The notes under the pieces: model-generated | What the model saw: only the letters and a program-made list of their open reading frames with translations | The model's database searches: none | What the model was told of the DNA's origin: nothing | Program-made: the position numbers and the translations under genes | Shown: in pieces, positions 37,647-49,672 of the stretch | Layout: each line of letters opens with the position of its first letter | Position numbering within the stretch: position 1 is the stretch's first letter | Source: Psammoneis japonica | Taxonomy: Eukaryota | Length of the DNA stretch: 64,000 nucleotides | Reading direction: 5' to 3' | NCBI GenBank assembly: GCA_008632985.1 | Contig: QPGO01000111.1 | Location: forward strand, 186,001-250,000

Positions 37647-39518
37647 ATGGGCGTACCACTACCTTCATACCAGCAAGGCCAAGAATCGACTCCTCCTCGG
37701 CCGCAAGCAACCAAAGCCCAAAATAGAGCCAGAAAGAAGATGATGCTCCGATCCAAAGCGAACCAGGGGAACCGCAGTCTCTACCATTGGCGGACATATT
37801 CTCCAAACGATTCTTGGCTTACATTTCTTCGTTGGTTCGTTGGTGGAGGAGCAGCGAATGAACAGACGAGCACGGAACTCATGGACAGTTTCGAAGGTCT
37901 TGCAGAATGCATCCGTCTGTTGCGCGAGTACCATGCACGCCTATGGCATGCCTGATAAGGGCGGTCCAAAAGATCAAGATCATGTCCTTCGAGAAGTAGT
38001 TCGAGACTTGTATTCCGGTGGAACTCCGATCTGGGCACTCTCGAATGTCATGCAGAAAGTATCGGAAGGACTTACGGGTGATGAACGAGCGAATTGGCTT
38101 GTGCTGCCGCGTAAAGCCTTTTCTTTTTCTCCACGGTCTGGAGCAACCCTCATGTTCAAGATTGATCGAGGCTTTGATCTTAGCAAGCTTGATGATATGG
38201 AGTCCGTGGCTGTGCAACTCGCTAGTTACGCTAGCAATACAAGCGGCGTCAGTAATGTTCCGACACACTTTCCTCTCCCCGAGACGCTCAATAAACTGGC
38301 AGAAGAGCAAGAAGGACGACTTCAAGAGGAGATGGACGAGAATGATATGGCGGAGAAATCCTTGCCTTGGCTTCAGAGTCTGCAGGGCTCTTTTTCTTTG
38401 TCAACTTGCGTGAATATATCAAGTCGACCAAGGATGAGACGGTCCATGACTTTTGGAATATCTCAGACACTGAGCAAGAGCTCTTTACTCGCTTGGCCTG
38501 TCAGGAGGCCATGCGAGGCATTGACAAGATTGATGCCAACAAGAAGGTGCTTTACCCCAAGTGGCTGATCATTTGCTTTCGAATATTCGCTTCGGCTGGT
38601 GCTTGTGCTTTTTGGTTTAGTGGTTCCTGGCAAGACATGATTGTTGCAGGCGTTCTTGCCGTTGTGGTGGCCTTTATTGGAGAGTCCACAATACTGTCGA
38701 GACAAGAGAAGCTCATATTTGAAACTATCGCTAGTTTTGTGGTTGGTCTTACCAGTGGTTTGATTGCTATAACTTGGCCGAATGACACATGCTTTGGTGC
38801 CATGGCAATCGCAGGCGTCCTCGATATCCTACAAGGGTTTCGTGTGGTGTACAGTGTTATCGAAGGCATGTCACGTCACACTGTCGCTGGCGCTGCAGAC
38901 CTACTTGAGGGCATTCTATTTACCGGTTTGATAGCCTACTTTCTCCGCTTTGGTCAGTATACGGCTGCATCGATTTTGAAGGACGACATAGCGGCAGCAG
39001 AGTTTGAACCTTGCACAAACGGCATTAACGACGCCTTCTACTTTCTACTAGTGCCGCTGGCAGCTTTGTCATGGTCGGGCCTCTTTAATCCACACTACAA
39101 AGACTTGATCCCCATGTGCCTTCATGGAGTGTTGGCGTACGGTACGAACTATGGACTATCTCAAGCTGGCGCATCCGATAATGTCAACAACTTTGCATCT
39201 GCTGCTATAGTGGCGCTCTCAGCAGGGATCGTTTCACGTTTTACCGGACGGCAGGCTGTCGGAAACACTGTTGCTGGTCTTTACGTGTTGTTGCCCGGTG
39301 CTTATCTTGTCAAGTCGTTGTATTCTACAGAGGTGAACGGAGATTTCTTCTTTGATATCATCACTAGAGCAGTGGTTATTGGCATCGGCGCTTGGACTGG
39401 GTCACTTTTGTGCTCGCCAACTCTGCTTGGCACCACGAGAGGGCTGCTTTTACAGCAGCAATCTGAACATGGCGGGCGTAACTCGCGTTCGAATCAGCAC
39501 ACAATGCTCATGTTTTAG
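37647..39518 (+). CDS. ThrE-family (putative threonine/serine exporter) multi-pass membrane protein
   Basis: LREYHARYGMP..., FDLSKLDDME, FWFSGSWQDMIVAGVLA, ILDILQGFRVVYSVIE, VAGLYVLLPGAYL; about 10 TM helices. Two 1-nt slips (~37940, ~38357). Confidence 0.78.
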
Positions 39519-39644
39519 ATTGTCGCTGTCGCATGCAGCTATTACACTTGTTAAGATCATAGCATCATTTCGCAATGTTACTTGATTTTTGGTAATGGAT
39601 TGTGCGAAGGCGAGCAGAAAGCACCACCATCAGCGTGACTCAAG

Positions 39645-40613
39645 TCACACATAAGGCTCAACATAGCGCGGCGGAAGGATCAAATAAAGACAGATGAAGA
39701 TCAGTGTATGTGAAGCACAAAGGCTCACCATGCTACATCGCACCTCGTCTCGCACTCTGCTAGCAAAAGATATTGTCTCTCTTTTATCACCCTCTTGCCA
39801 GAGTTGCGTCCAAAAGGAGCTTGGCAACTTCAACACGAACATTCGGGAAGGAACTGTGAGTGTTGTCCCCCCGTTGTTGTCGACTGCATTCACCAAGGCA
39901 CCGTTTTCGATGATAAGCTCAACCGCATCGACACTAGGTTCAGCGAATGCATCATGAACTGCCGTGAAAAGAGGAGTCCGCCCATGCACATCGACCGTAT
40001 TCAATACGCCCCATGTTCAAGCAGAACTTGACCGCATTAAAGAAGTTGGGTTCATCCCTACGCACGCACACCATGTGAAGAGGAGTTAATCCTCTCTTGT
40101 GGACTGCATTCACATGAGCTCCGGTTTCGAGAAGTAGCGTGAGGACATTCATATCGCCAAAATGGTGCAACGATTTTGCCTCGTCGGCGTCCTCGCATTC
40201 ACATTGGCCACATTTCAAATCAGTAGCTTGGCGTTATCAGAGAGACGGGCGGTACCATAGTTCGTCTCAATAGCAACGTGGCGAAGATGAGCAAAATGAG
40301 AGCGGTCTCTTATGTTGACGATGGCTCTATATTGAACGAGTCGCTTGTCAATGTTGACATGGCTACCGAAAATGGCATTACTCCACAGATCTATTGGTAT
40401 CGATACATTCTCACCGTCGGCATTAAAAATCCTTTCATCAGGCGCCAGTAAATGCAAACTGGCACCATTTGACAAGAGTAGTTCAGCGATATCGAGACTA
40501 TTCATATCACGCAAGTTGGAGAGCCACGTAGTTACTGCTGGGATCTTTAGCGGCAACATCCACATCTTCTGGCGTTCTGCACATCGTTTTCGTGAACAGC
40601 GGTCAGGAGACAC
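39645..40613 (-). pseudogene. Ankyrin-repeat gene remnant
   Basis: LLLETGAHVNAVHKRGLTPLHMV, NTVDVHGRTPLFTAV, ELIIENGALVNAVDNNGGT, IAELLLSNGA, split across frames. Confidence 0.75.
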
Positions 40614-41226
40614 GTGTTCTCACGTGAGCTCATGATGAAAACGTCGTTAGGTCCGTTCTCATTGGTAGCAGCAGCGAAAAATGATTAAGTACCGCTAGCT
40701 TCACACCTTCGTGTACGACTCTTTATTGAACTTGCACTGAGCTGCGACCTGGTCGATTCAAGAACCTCCGATCACAAAGACGGATTCGGGCCACTTGTTT
40801 GTCCCGCAGCAAATCGACTATCAACAGAATCGCAATCCGATCTTCCTGCCTTCAGAAGACGACACCATATCGTTGACCAAAGCGGCATTCTTTCGACATT
40901 GGAGAATCGGCATACTCCGTGCTTTGATTCGAGAATATGACCGCGTCAGGCAATATCTCCTCGATGCCCTAGCGCTCATCTCATTTCGTCACCCAACAAC
41001 CACTGTACCGCTGAATACAAATTTTCAGCATACAGAAAAGGAAAAGTAGAGATAGGTACTCCTGAAGTGTCTTGTGCTTTATCAATCAAGACTGGTCGAT
41101 CTTTAGGTGTCTTGCCCGGTACGAGAGACTTTCCGTAGCCTTAAAGGCGACAAACAGGGCAAATGGCAGAGCCGTAGGTCAGACGCAAAAATTGCAACGA
41201 ACTAAAAAGTGGCGTCACTTCTTCTA

Positions 41227-41811
41227 TCACTTGCCAGTTGATACAAGTATTCGATGCTTTACTCCTCCTAGTTGACCTGCTTGCAAATCGCCGGCGGTGT
41301 CTCCAATAATGACACACTCCGACGCTTCCACATGAAATCTCGACACGCCTCCAGAATCATTCCGGGCATGGGCTTCATTCTGGGTCTCCGTCCTCTTTTG
41401 TCGAAGTGCAAACATACAATCGATCCCATACCGCGCCTTTATCTTGTTGCACAAGCAACGTTGCAAGCTCTCGATGAATCTGATTCAATTCTTTGGTGTA
41501 ATGAGACCCTTGCCTACACAGCTCTGATTGGTGACAATGGCCACCATTCTTTATCTTTCAATTTAGCAATGGCTTGAGCAGCACCAGGAGTCATTCCAAT
41601 TGCGACGGATGCGTCACCCCCGGTGAACCGACGTCTTGATTGATGACGCCATCGCGATCCAGCAGCACAAGGCGCATGTTACGAGGCCGCGGGGCCGCAG
41701 ACAATGCACTGGCAATTCATTGCTTTTGGGACTAAACGCCATTCCAATCAGGAATACCAAAAGAAACGAAGCTACAAACATGAAACTTGAAATGGCATGG
41801 TCGATTAGCAT
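41227..41811 (-). pseudogene. HAD-superfamily hydrolase remnant
   Basis: FHVEASECVIIGDTAGDLQAGQ (HAD motif IV); upstream frames are broken. Confidence 0.5.
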
Positions 41812-42489
41812 GATGGATGACAGCTGTGTGATTATTGTGGTGTTGATGCCCGCTTCATGCGCGCAATTATTTATGAGGCAAATCGATATTACGTAGAAAT
41901 GTACGTAAATATCATACTAATGCTTAAAATCTTGACAAAAAGGATGAGCTGTCACAAAAAATTCGTATCACACATAGTAGTGCGTGAGGAACAAACGGTC
42001 GACTACAATGGCGCCGCAACTACGAAAAAGATGCTTGTCCAGCGAAAATCCACAGCAAAACATGTGTACCGATGAGATATCAAAGTATTATGATTTCATG
42101 CACCTTTCTGGTCATCGTGTGCCGTCGCAATGTGGGCCATGATTTCGTAATCACATGAGGACTAAGCTACAGTAGAAGCTACACCTTGTCATGATATTGA
42201 AAATATACCGTGCTTTAGTAACATTCTACTAAAGCGAATAAGGATTCATTCTCTACAAAATGTTGCAAACAATGTCGCGTGTTGCATCATTTTCTAGACG
42301 CCCAATCGAGCGACACGCATTTTCTATAATTTCACCACGGCAGCAAGTGCTTAGTAGGGGTGAGCGTCGTCTGCGGGGTTTTCGAGACAGTACCGGATGA
42401 CGAAGAGACACCACCCGTGGTACTTGCAGATGAGGAGCACTGTCACCTGTTGTAGGTGACGATCCGTAAAGTTCGTAAATATGCTTGGC

Positions 42490-42997
42490 AGGATCAATCA
42501 GTTTCACTGCTTGCTGAAGAGGAACTACTACTAGAAGCGCTTCCAGACGAGCTACTGCCACCACCTACATGTCCTGCCGACTCGCGACCTTCTTGGCATG
42601 ATCCTTGCCTGAGCTTGATGAAGAGTCACCAGGAGAACTTGCGGAAGAGCTAGAGGAGCTGCCGCTGTCATCTGCCTTTGCATGCTTGCGAGGCTTTTAG
42701 CTGGCTTCTTGGCGGGCTTCTTCCTCTTAGCGGGCTTCTTCTTGGCGGGCTTCTTCTTTTTCTTCTTGCCCTTGCCCTTCTTATGAGCCTTCTTGGCGGG
42801 CTTCTTTTCTTCCTTTTTTCTCCTTCTTCTTCGTAGACCACCACTGCCACAGGTTCTGGATTAGGCTCGGCGTGGGACAAGCCTCGAAGCCCGCCCGTTT
42901 TGGTGACAGCATCAGGACTTTCACTCTTGAGAGCCTCTGTAGAAGCAGAGTGGAAAGCAAGGGAAAGAGCAAAGAGAGCAACGACGGAGAGTTTCAT
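42490..42997 (-). CDS. Secreted Lys/Ser-rich low-complexity protein (silaffin-like), frameshifted; 3' end approximate
   Basis: Signal peptide MKLSVVALFALSLAFHSA, then GLRGL. Shifted frames give KKPAKKAHKKGKGKKKKKKPAKKKPAK and the Ser runs SGSSSSSSASSPGDSSSSSGK / GGSSSSGSASSSSSSSASS. Confidence 0.55.
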
Positions 42998-43767
42998 GAT
43001 TGCAAAGAATGTGGATTTGTGATGAGAAGCAAATGTGAAAAATGTGCAGGCGGGACCAGACAGGAAGATTTCGATACAGTACTTTCGATCCCTGCAGTTA
43101 GTCGTGCCTATCCTGTGGAATCCAACTACGAGTCACTATGTAGAGAGTGTCTTGGGAGAAACCGAACTATTTCGCTAACACTATGTGTGGTAGTCGTACA
43201 ACTAATGCCAGGAATTCGTTCTAGAAGACTCCCCTGTGATAATCTTATTACTTATCGTAGTATGTAGTGCAGGTATCAGCAGTTCAATTAAACTGTTTGA
43301 AACAGCCCAGAATACAGCGGTAGCACAAAAACAAAACAAGAATCGATGACCGCGGAGAGTCATTTGTTTCTCGTTCGAAAAACTCTCTCAAAAAGCTGGT
43401 TGCGATCTACGTCTACCATTACTTCGAGAAGGCACTCAAAGAAACATAGGTCTGGCGAAACGGAAAAGCGTCAGTCGGTAATCGATTTGTTCTAAGAACT
43501 ACTAAATATTCAATGATCAAACCGCATCTTAGAAATGTAGTTACAAACATGGTATGTATGCATTTTAGAAGATGAAGCAAAAGCCTTTGAACTATAGAAA
43601 GCCTGTGATATTTCTTTGATATCTAGAGAAAAGGAATACTAGAACTGTTGCTTCTCAAAGCACTCGAAATGACCTTGTTGACATGTGATACAAAGAGCGT
43701 GGTTCTTTGTAACGAGAAGCGTGGTTCAGCCAACTGGGGAGAGCATTGTAAAGGCCACAACAAAGAA

Positions 43768-44234
43768 CTATGGTTCAGATGCGGGCGAAAGAGGCTTGAT
43801 CTGTGGGAGTGGTTCGGTGATGACTGATGATTTAGTGGGCGGCTTCTTGGCTTTGACTGGAGGGGCCGTAAATGTCACAGGCGGTAGCGGTTCGGCTATT
43901 ACTGCTTTGTTGGTCGGTTGCTTCTTTTCAGGAGGCTTGCCACCACGCTTGACGGGTCTTTCCTTTTTAGGCTTGACCCACTCAGGCTTTCCGCGCCCTT
44001 CTCTCTTTTCCTCGTTCTTCTTGCGCCCTGTCTTTTTCGGACGTTTCGCTTGTTGCGCTTTGATGCTTTGTTGCTCTTTTCGGCGGCGTCCTTCTTGGAA
44101 GAGCCCCAGCCCCGAAGCCCACGACGTGCTTTAGCTACAACAGAATCAATCGGTCGCTCGTTGCTGCCAATATCTACAGACATGTAGAAGACAGCGAGAG
44201 AGAACAAAAGGATGGCGGCAGTGGCAAGCTTCAT
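43768..44234 (-). CDS. Secreted Lys/Pro-rich protein, paralogue-like to the 42997 gene; frameshifted
   Basis: Signal peptide MKLATAAILLFSLAVFY, then RRGLRGW, a Lys-rich block and KPPEKK...EPLPPVTFTAPPVKAKKPP. Confidence 0.5.
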
Positions 44235-45329
44235 GATCACGAAAATTGTGAGGGACTTGACATGTCAACAGGTCACAACCATCATAAATTATTTAAGCCG
44301 CTCATGACCAGTTGATGACTGTTGACAAAAATGACCGGAAACACATTGCCGGTGGTGTCAATGTCTCATTTTTTGGGTGTAAGAATGACAACCACACTGA
44401 CCCACCTTTGAGCAATTTGTCAATGGCACATCGTTGTTTGGGGGAGCATTGAAAAGATTGGCTTCAACAGAAAAAAAGGGGCAGAAAAGGCAGGTGAGGT
44501 TCTTGGCCCCTTTTGCTGCTGCTGCTCAGAGTGTGCGCAAGAGGAGATTGGCTTGTTCACAGAATGCGCAGCAAGTGTCCTGAAACGGCCGCCGACAAAC
44601 CACCTCAGCTGCTCTGACCCTCGCTTTTCAACTTTTGTTCTGTTGAACTTCACGAGTTTTGTTGGCAGAATCAATCCATTGTCTGTGGTGTTGTTGGTTG
44701 TTGGTGGTGTCGTCATGAGAGTGATGGCGACACACGATTCAACACGCAAGATTGCTGCTGTGGCTGCCGATGAGCCATGCACTGGTTGCTCTTGTGCAAT
44801 CATTTATGCAACCAGTGTGTCACGCTGTTGTTCTGTTGTGCACATGCTCATCCTAACATTTTTGTTCTGCAAATTCCAGTGCATTGCTTTTCAAAAGATT
44901 GTCCAGCCCAACATCATGAAGCTCTTCTCAGTTTTGTGCTGAAGTCTTTTGCTGCTGCTGCTGCGCGCAAATGTTGTGATGATTGATGCCAAGAAGTTTT
45001 GTCCCAGTCCAAACCATGGCCTTGTGCAGACTGCCTTCCTCCATGACAATGTCGAGTGCCGTGTTGCACCCCGCATCGTTTCAAAACCGAGAGCACATTG
45101 CACGAAAAGAACCAGTTCACGCTCTTCACAGAGACAATGACAAGGCCGCAGCGGCAGCAGTTCCCAAGAAGAAGGAAACCAAGACATTTGCCATGCCTTG
45201 CAAATTGGACTTGGAAATCTCCATGTGTCATCTCTGCACTGCCACAGCATTTGGGACAAGGCATTTCACCAGTGCTCTGCCAGTCTCTTTTTCATTGTGG
45301 GAGCCACCAAGCTCAGAGTGTTGATGCTG

Positions 45330-45850
45330 GTGACAGAGCTGAGAACACCAACAAGAGTGGGCATGCCACACGGGTTGGGTGAAATGGTCTGCAAGGTTGA
45401 CAAGTGCACCCATGAAAGTGATTGGAGGCACAGCATGCAGCGCGGTTTTGGCAAGGCTGCCTTTGGCAATGGCAACTCGTGTGAAGGTGAGCACCAGTTT
45501 GATCCATGCCACGGTGGTGGCTTGTGCCATTGGACGCACCTGCGGTGGGGAGTTTGCCTTTGAAAAGCAACATGGCAAGGGCCAATTGGTGTGGCCGGAT
45601 GGCAGTCAGCACATGGGTGACTTGCACATGGACAGCGAGAAGGTGAGGGCGAGTGGTGTTGATTCAGAAGTGCTGGTTGCTGCAAGGGAGGATGGATGGA
45701 TGGCTTTTACGATGGGTGCAGGAAATGCTTGTGGAGCAATGGACATTGTCACAAGAGAGAATGGAAAGCAGGTGCCACACATGGCAAGGGAGTCGAAGCA
45801 CATCCTGATGGATTGATTTGACACGATGGAATGTGGGAAAATGACGAGCC
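45330..45850 (+). pseudogene. MORN-repeat gene relic within TpA-depleted DNA
   Basis: GFGKAAFGNGNSCEGEH, TCGGEFAFEKQHGKGQLVWPDGSQHMGD, GKCLWSNGHC: the MORN consensus G..YEGEW...HGKG with Y read as C/H. Confidence 0.75.
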
Positions 45851-45926
45851 TGTCACATGGTGATTGTGTGTTGTGGGGATCACAAGATTGGCAAAGTTGA
45901 TGCATTGAAACATGATGTGGTCATCA

Positions 45927-46274
45927 TCACAGACAAGAAGAAGGCAAACTCTTTTGCTTCATGTGCAAGTGCATGCCACAATCATCCGGTTGCAAATCTG
46001 CCTCAAGCATCTCAAACGGAAGCTCCTTGACAAGACAACATTCGTTCCGAAGACAGTCCAGCACAAAAGGAAAGGTGTCTGCGCTGCGATCGACAAACAC
46101 ATGTCCTTCATCATCCATCAAGGGAGGTCCACAGGGACCATCAGGGGCAAATGTTTGAGCAAGCATCGAGTCGCTTTCCACCATGAGTGTTGATCGCAAC
46201 GTCTGGAATTGAGTCCCGCCCATGGAAAGCTTGGCCATTTCATCATTCTCTTTTGGAATGATGCTGGGTGCCAT
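45927..46274 (-). pseudogene. BTB/POZ (KCTD/T1-type) domain relic
   Basis: AKLSMGGTQFQTLRSTL..DSMLAQTF..DDEGHVFVDRSADTFPFVLDCLR (consensus LNVGG..F.T..STL, FIDR, ILDYLR). Confidence 0.8.
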
Positions 46275-46995
46275 GGTGCTGTTGTGTGTGATCTTTCTTT
46301 GTGCTTCAGCAGCTGTGATTTGCCACAGATGAATCAAAACAATGCAGTTGTTGTGGGAAGTCAAAAGAGCTCAGGCCTGGCTTGAGCAGTCAAGAGCAAG
46401 TGGAGCGGCAAAACATGGATTTGCTTGAACCACGAATCAACCCAGAATCCAGAACAGAGTGCATGAATCAAATCAAGTCGAGTGAGTCTGCAGAATCATC
46501 TTTTTCTCTCCTCTTGGAAGACCTCCACTCGGGAGACAGGAGATTGCGTAGAAATCTGCGCAATCAGTGTGCAGCCTGTTTCTGCGCAATGTCTCACGCG
46601 ACCCTCTGCCTCTGTCTCCCTCCCAGATTTCAAGACGCTTTTTCGCAAATCAAGCCATTTCAAAAAAAAACACTGCACTTTCACTGCGAGAGCAAAAATG
46701 GCAGCTGGATTGCATTCGCCGCATTGAGTTTCGACAAGAGTTTGATGCCTGGCATGACCTTTTTTGCACCAATGAGGACATGGCACAACAAGCTTTGGAG
46801 CGAGTGGAGCCGGTGTTGTGGCTTCTGTGTTCAAGTTTTTGTGATGGATGCATCATGGTCAATCATGCTTGGAGCAGGTTTTGGAGGTCTTCTCGGAACA
46901 TTGTTGGGGTTTTCTTTGCGCTGATGGCAAGAGTCCATTCTCCCATGTCATTTTCATCTGTTCTGATGTTTGTTGACATGGAAATTGTTGATGGT

Positions 46996-47391
46996 GACGC
47001 GTTCCAGCCCTAGGTGGGAGCTCGTAGTGCTGACGTGTGACACAAATAATTTTTATCATCCGTCGCATGTTTCGCACGTACATTTCTACGTGTGATGTTT
47101 AAAAAAAATTGTCCAGACTTGCTGTTTTGCGAAGCCCCAGACGTTTTACATGACGCATTTATAGAAACAACAATGCGCCAGTTACATTCTTCAATGTCTG
47201 AAGAATGTAACTGGCTAAGTAAAAATCGATGTACTTCAATCATGTGCGAGTTTGTGCGTTCGCAAAATTGCCTCATTTTCTGTTGGCGAACATTGACATT
47301 CTAATTACCGTATAATTTTACTACGGAGCTCGCACGTAGAATTCTACGGGCCCAATGTCACACGGATTCCCACCTACGTCTGGAACGCGTC
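46996..47391. mobile_element. MITE (396 bp), same family as 36600-36990, opposite orientation, 4-bp TSD TGGT
   Basis: Left end GACGCGTTCCAGCCCTAGGTGGGAG, right end TCCCACCTACGTCTGGAACGCGTC. TGGT on both flanks. About 70 bp near-identical (reverse complement) to 36600-36672. Confidence 0.9.
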
Positions 47392-47442
47392 TGGTGTCAT
47401 CATGGTGCTCACTTCCTTTGGTGATGTCATTTGTTTCAGCAA

Positions 47443-47570
47443 GCTTTCATTGACCACTCAGTGGTTGGTGATTGCAGACTTTCGTTGACCACCCAGTGGT
47501 TGGTGACTACAGACGTTTTCGTGTCGGTCGGGCGGGCGGGCAGTCGGTCCGGCAGTCGGTCAGTCCATCC
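47443..47570. repeat. Duplicated ~35-nt palindromic unit followed by GTCG/GGCG microsatellite (Helentron/DINE-like end?)
   Basis: CTTTCRTTGACCACYCAGTGGTTGGTGAYTRCAGA x2, then gtcggtcgggcgggcgggcagtcggtccggcagtcggtcagtccatcc. Confidence 0.55.
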
Positions 47571-49537
47571 GCACTTGAAAGTGTGCCCCTCGGAATTTGG
47601 AATGGCATGGGTTGTTCAGCACAAATGAATTGTTTGGATTTGCAGAATGACCATTGAGGACATTGGAGGTCATGGGGACATCCTGAACATTCGACAAATT
47701 CCCTGTGATGGGTGCGTGGGAGCAGTTTTTCAGGAGAGCTCAAAAGTGCTGTCAAAATTGGGATTGCTGGTGTGGCATGTTGAAAAATGCATGGATCTTT
47801 GCACAAAGAGAATTTGTCATGAATTGTGCATGAAACAGTCACACTGAAAAAAAAACACATCAAACAACAAGCGTGTTTGTGCGATGTGCTGTTCTGGTGA
47901 TAAATTGGGGAAAAAAGAGTGCAGCATTGTGCACCACACTGCCGCTGTGGCCACTGCAATGCTGGCCCCAGCGGCGCAGTGCAGTGGGGGCCTGCCACAC
48001 GTGTGCACAGTCAACACAGCATGCAATGGCACAGACCTGCACCCACAGAGAAAGACAAGTGGTCAATGCTCTCCACAGGCTTGGCTTGGCTTGTTGTGCG
48101 CAGCATCACACAATTTTAGTCAGTTTTTGACCTTTTTTTGCAAAAAGCATTTTGCGCCCTCTTGAATTGACCAAAAGCATCTTAAAATCTGGGAGGCATG
48201 AAATTTGTTTGTGTCTTGGCATTTTCTTTGTTCCAAACACTGGGGAGTGGGAAGACCTCTGCCAGAGAGTGAGAGCGTGTGCGCACCCCTGGTTCATGCA
48301 CGACTTGCACATCCTGGATTCCAGTGCGTGGTTCGCACTGTGGAAAAACATGCCAACATGTGCATCTCAAATTTTGGAAAAATCTTTACAGCAAACACAA
48401 CAACAGCACTTTTGTTCTTCACATGACAACAACAACTCTCTCTGGCACAATGACAACTCATCCCAACAATGACTTTGCCTTGATGCGTGATGGACAATGT
48501 TGAGGTCCAGCTCAGCCCTGGCGGCACCTGCGTGAAACATCCCATCCCATGGCGAAATTGCAAGAAACAGCTGATGACGGACACACCTGTCAGCACGATT
48601 TGTGTCCGCAGTGTGACGTGGATTTGGAAATGAAATTGGCTGAGATGAAACAAAAACACCAAGAATGGCAAAAAGGGGTGCACAGCTTGTGTCTTGGCTG
48701 GAGGGTCATTGGCAAAACAGCCAGAGCCAGGTCAGGTTGTTTGATGTGAGCTTGAGCTCATTGCACAAATTGGCGAGGTTGTTTGCTCTTTCATTGATGC
48801 CAAGATGGTGGAGACAGAGATTGCTGAACTCTTGAGCAGCCAGCAGATTGTAAGAGTGATGCTGATTGCAGAGAGATCTGGGGTTGATCTTGCCAAAATT
48901 TTGGTTTTTTGTGGCATGTCGCTGTTGCCAATGAAGAGTTGCTCATTTTGACATTTGTCAGGGTGCATCTGGGACGCCAACAACCTGGGTTGTGTCCCTT
49001 TTGTCAAGAGTGTCTGAACACCACAGTCTGGTGATTTCCACATTTAATCCAAGAGCGGGCCTGTTTGACAAATCTGGGTTCATCAAATGTTTGACCCCAC
49101 AAATGTGCCCACCCCTGCAGTTGGCATTTTTTCACACTGCATTTGTGAGAGTGATGTGTTGTTTGTGTTTGCGTCAATTCCTGAATTGTGTGCAACACCC
49201 CACATTTCTGGATCCAATGCTTGGCAGTTGTCCATCAAGTTGGATTTTGTTGTCTTCCAAAATTTTTCCAACTGAAGCTGCCATCCATTGATTTGTGCAA
49301 CACCCTTGGTGTTGCTTTTTTTCCATTGTTTTTCAGGTGGCTGTCCTTTTTTTGCTGATTGCTTGCTTCTCTGGGTGGGCTGGCTTCAGCTTTTTGTGCA
49401 TTCTTTTCATTGTCACTCTGCAATGACACAACGGTGATGTCTCCTGTTGGCCTTGTGTGTGTCCTCATTGCAGTCGTTCTGGGTTCACTTCCAAATGTGG
49501 GCTTGGTCACAATGCTGCAGCGGTCATTGACAACGTT

Positions 49538-49672
49538 GGGTGGGAGCACATGGTGAAACCACTGCTGGAATGAGCAGTGGTGTTGGATGACACAGGGCAG
49601 GAGCATGTGGTGGAACCACCACTGCAACAAGCGGTGAGGTGGATGACACAGGGTGGGAGCACATGGTGGAAA
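49538..49672. repeat. ~56-nt tandem repeat, about 2.4 units
   Basis: Recurrent GGAGCAY(A/G)TGGTG...CCACTGC...GGATGACACAGGG. Confidence 0.6.

Noticed and set aside
4520..38360. Frameshifts in CCT, IMP3, PPR, carbamoyltransferase, PNPase and ThrE-like genes as pseudogenisation or programmed frameshifting
   Set aside because: Where I could resolve them they are 1-nt losses in short homopolymers (AAG[G]GT, GGA[C]CA, TCGGG[G]GAT, GGT[T]TTGAA) in otherwise conserved genes, including the essential IMP3. Long-read assembly error is the simplest explanation.
36600..47391. One 10.8-kb composite transposon bounded by the ~70-bp inverted match
   Set aside because: Each end belongs to a complete MITE with its own distinct TSD (AGGA vs TGGT), so these are independent insertions.
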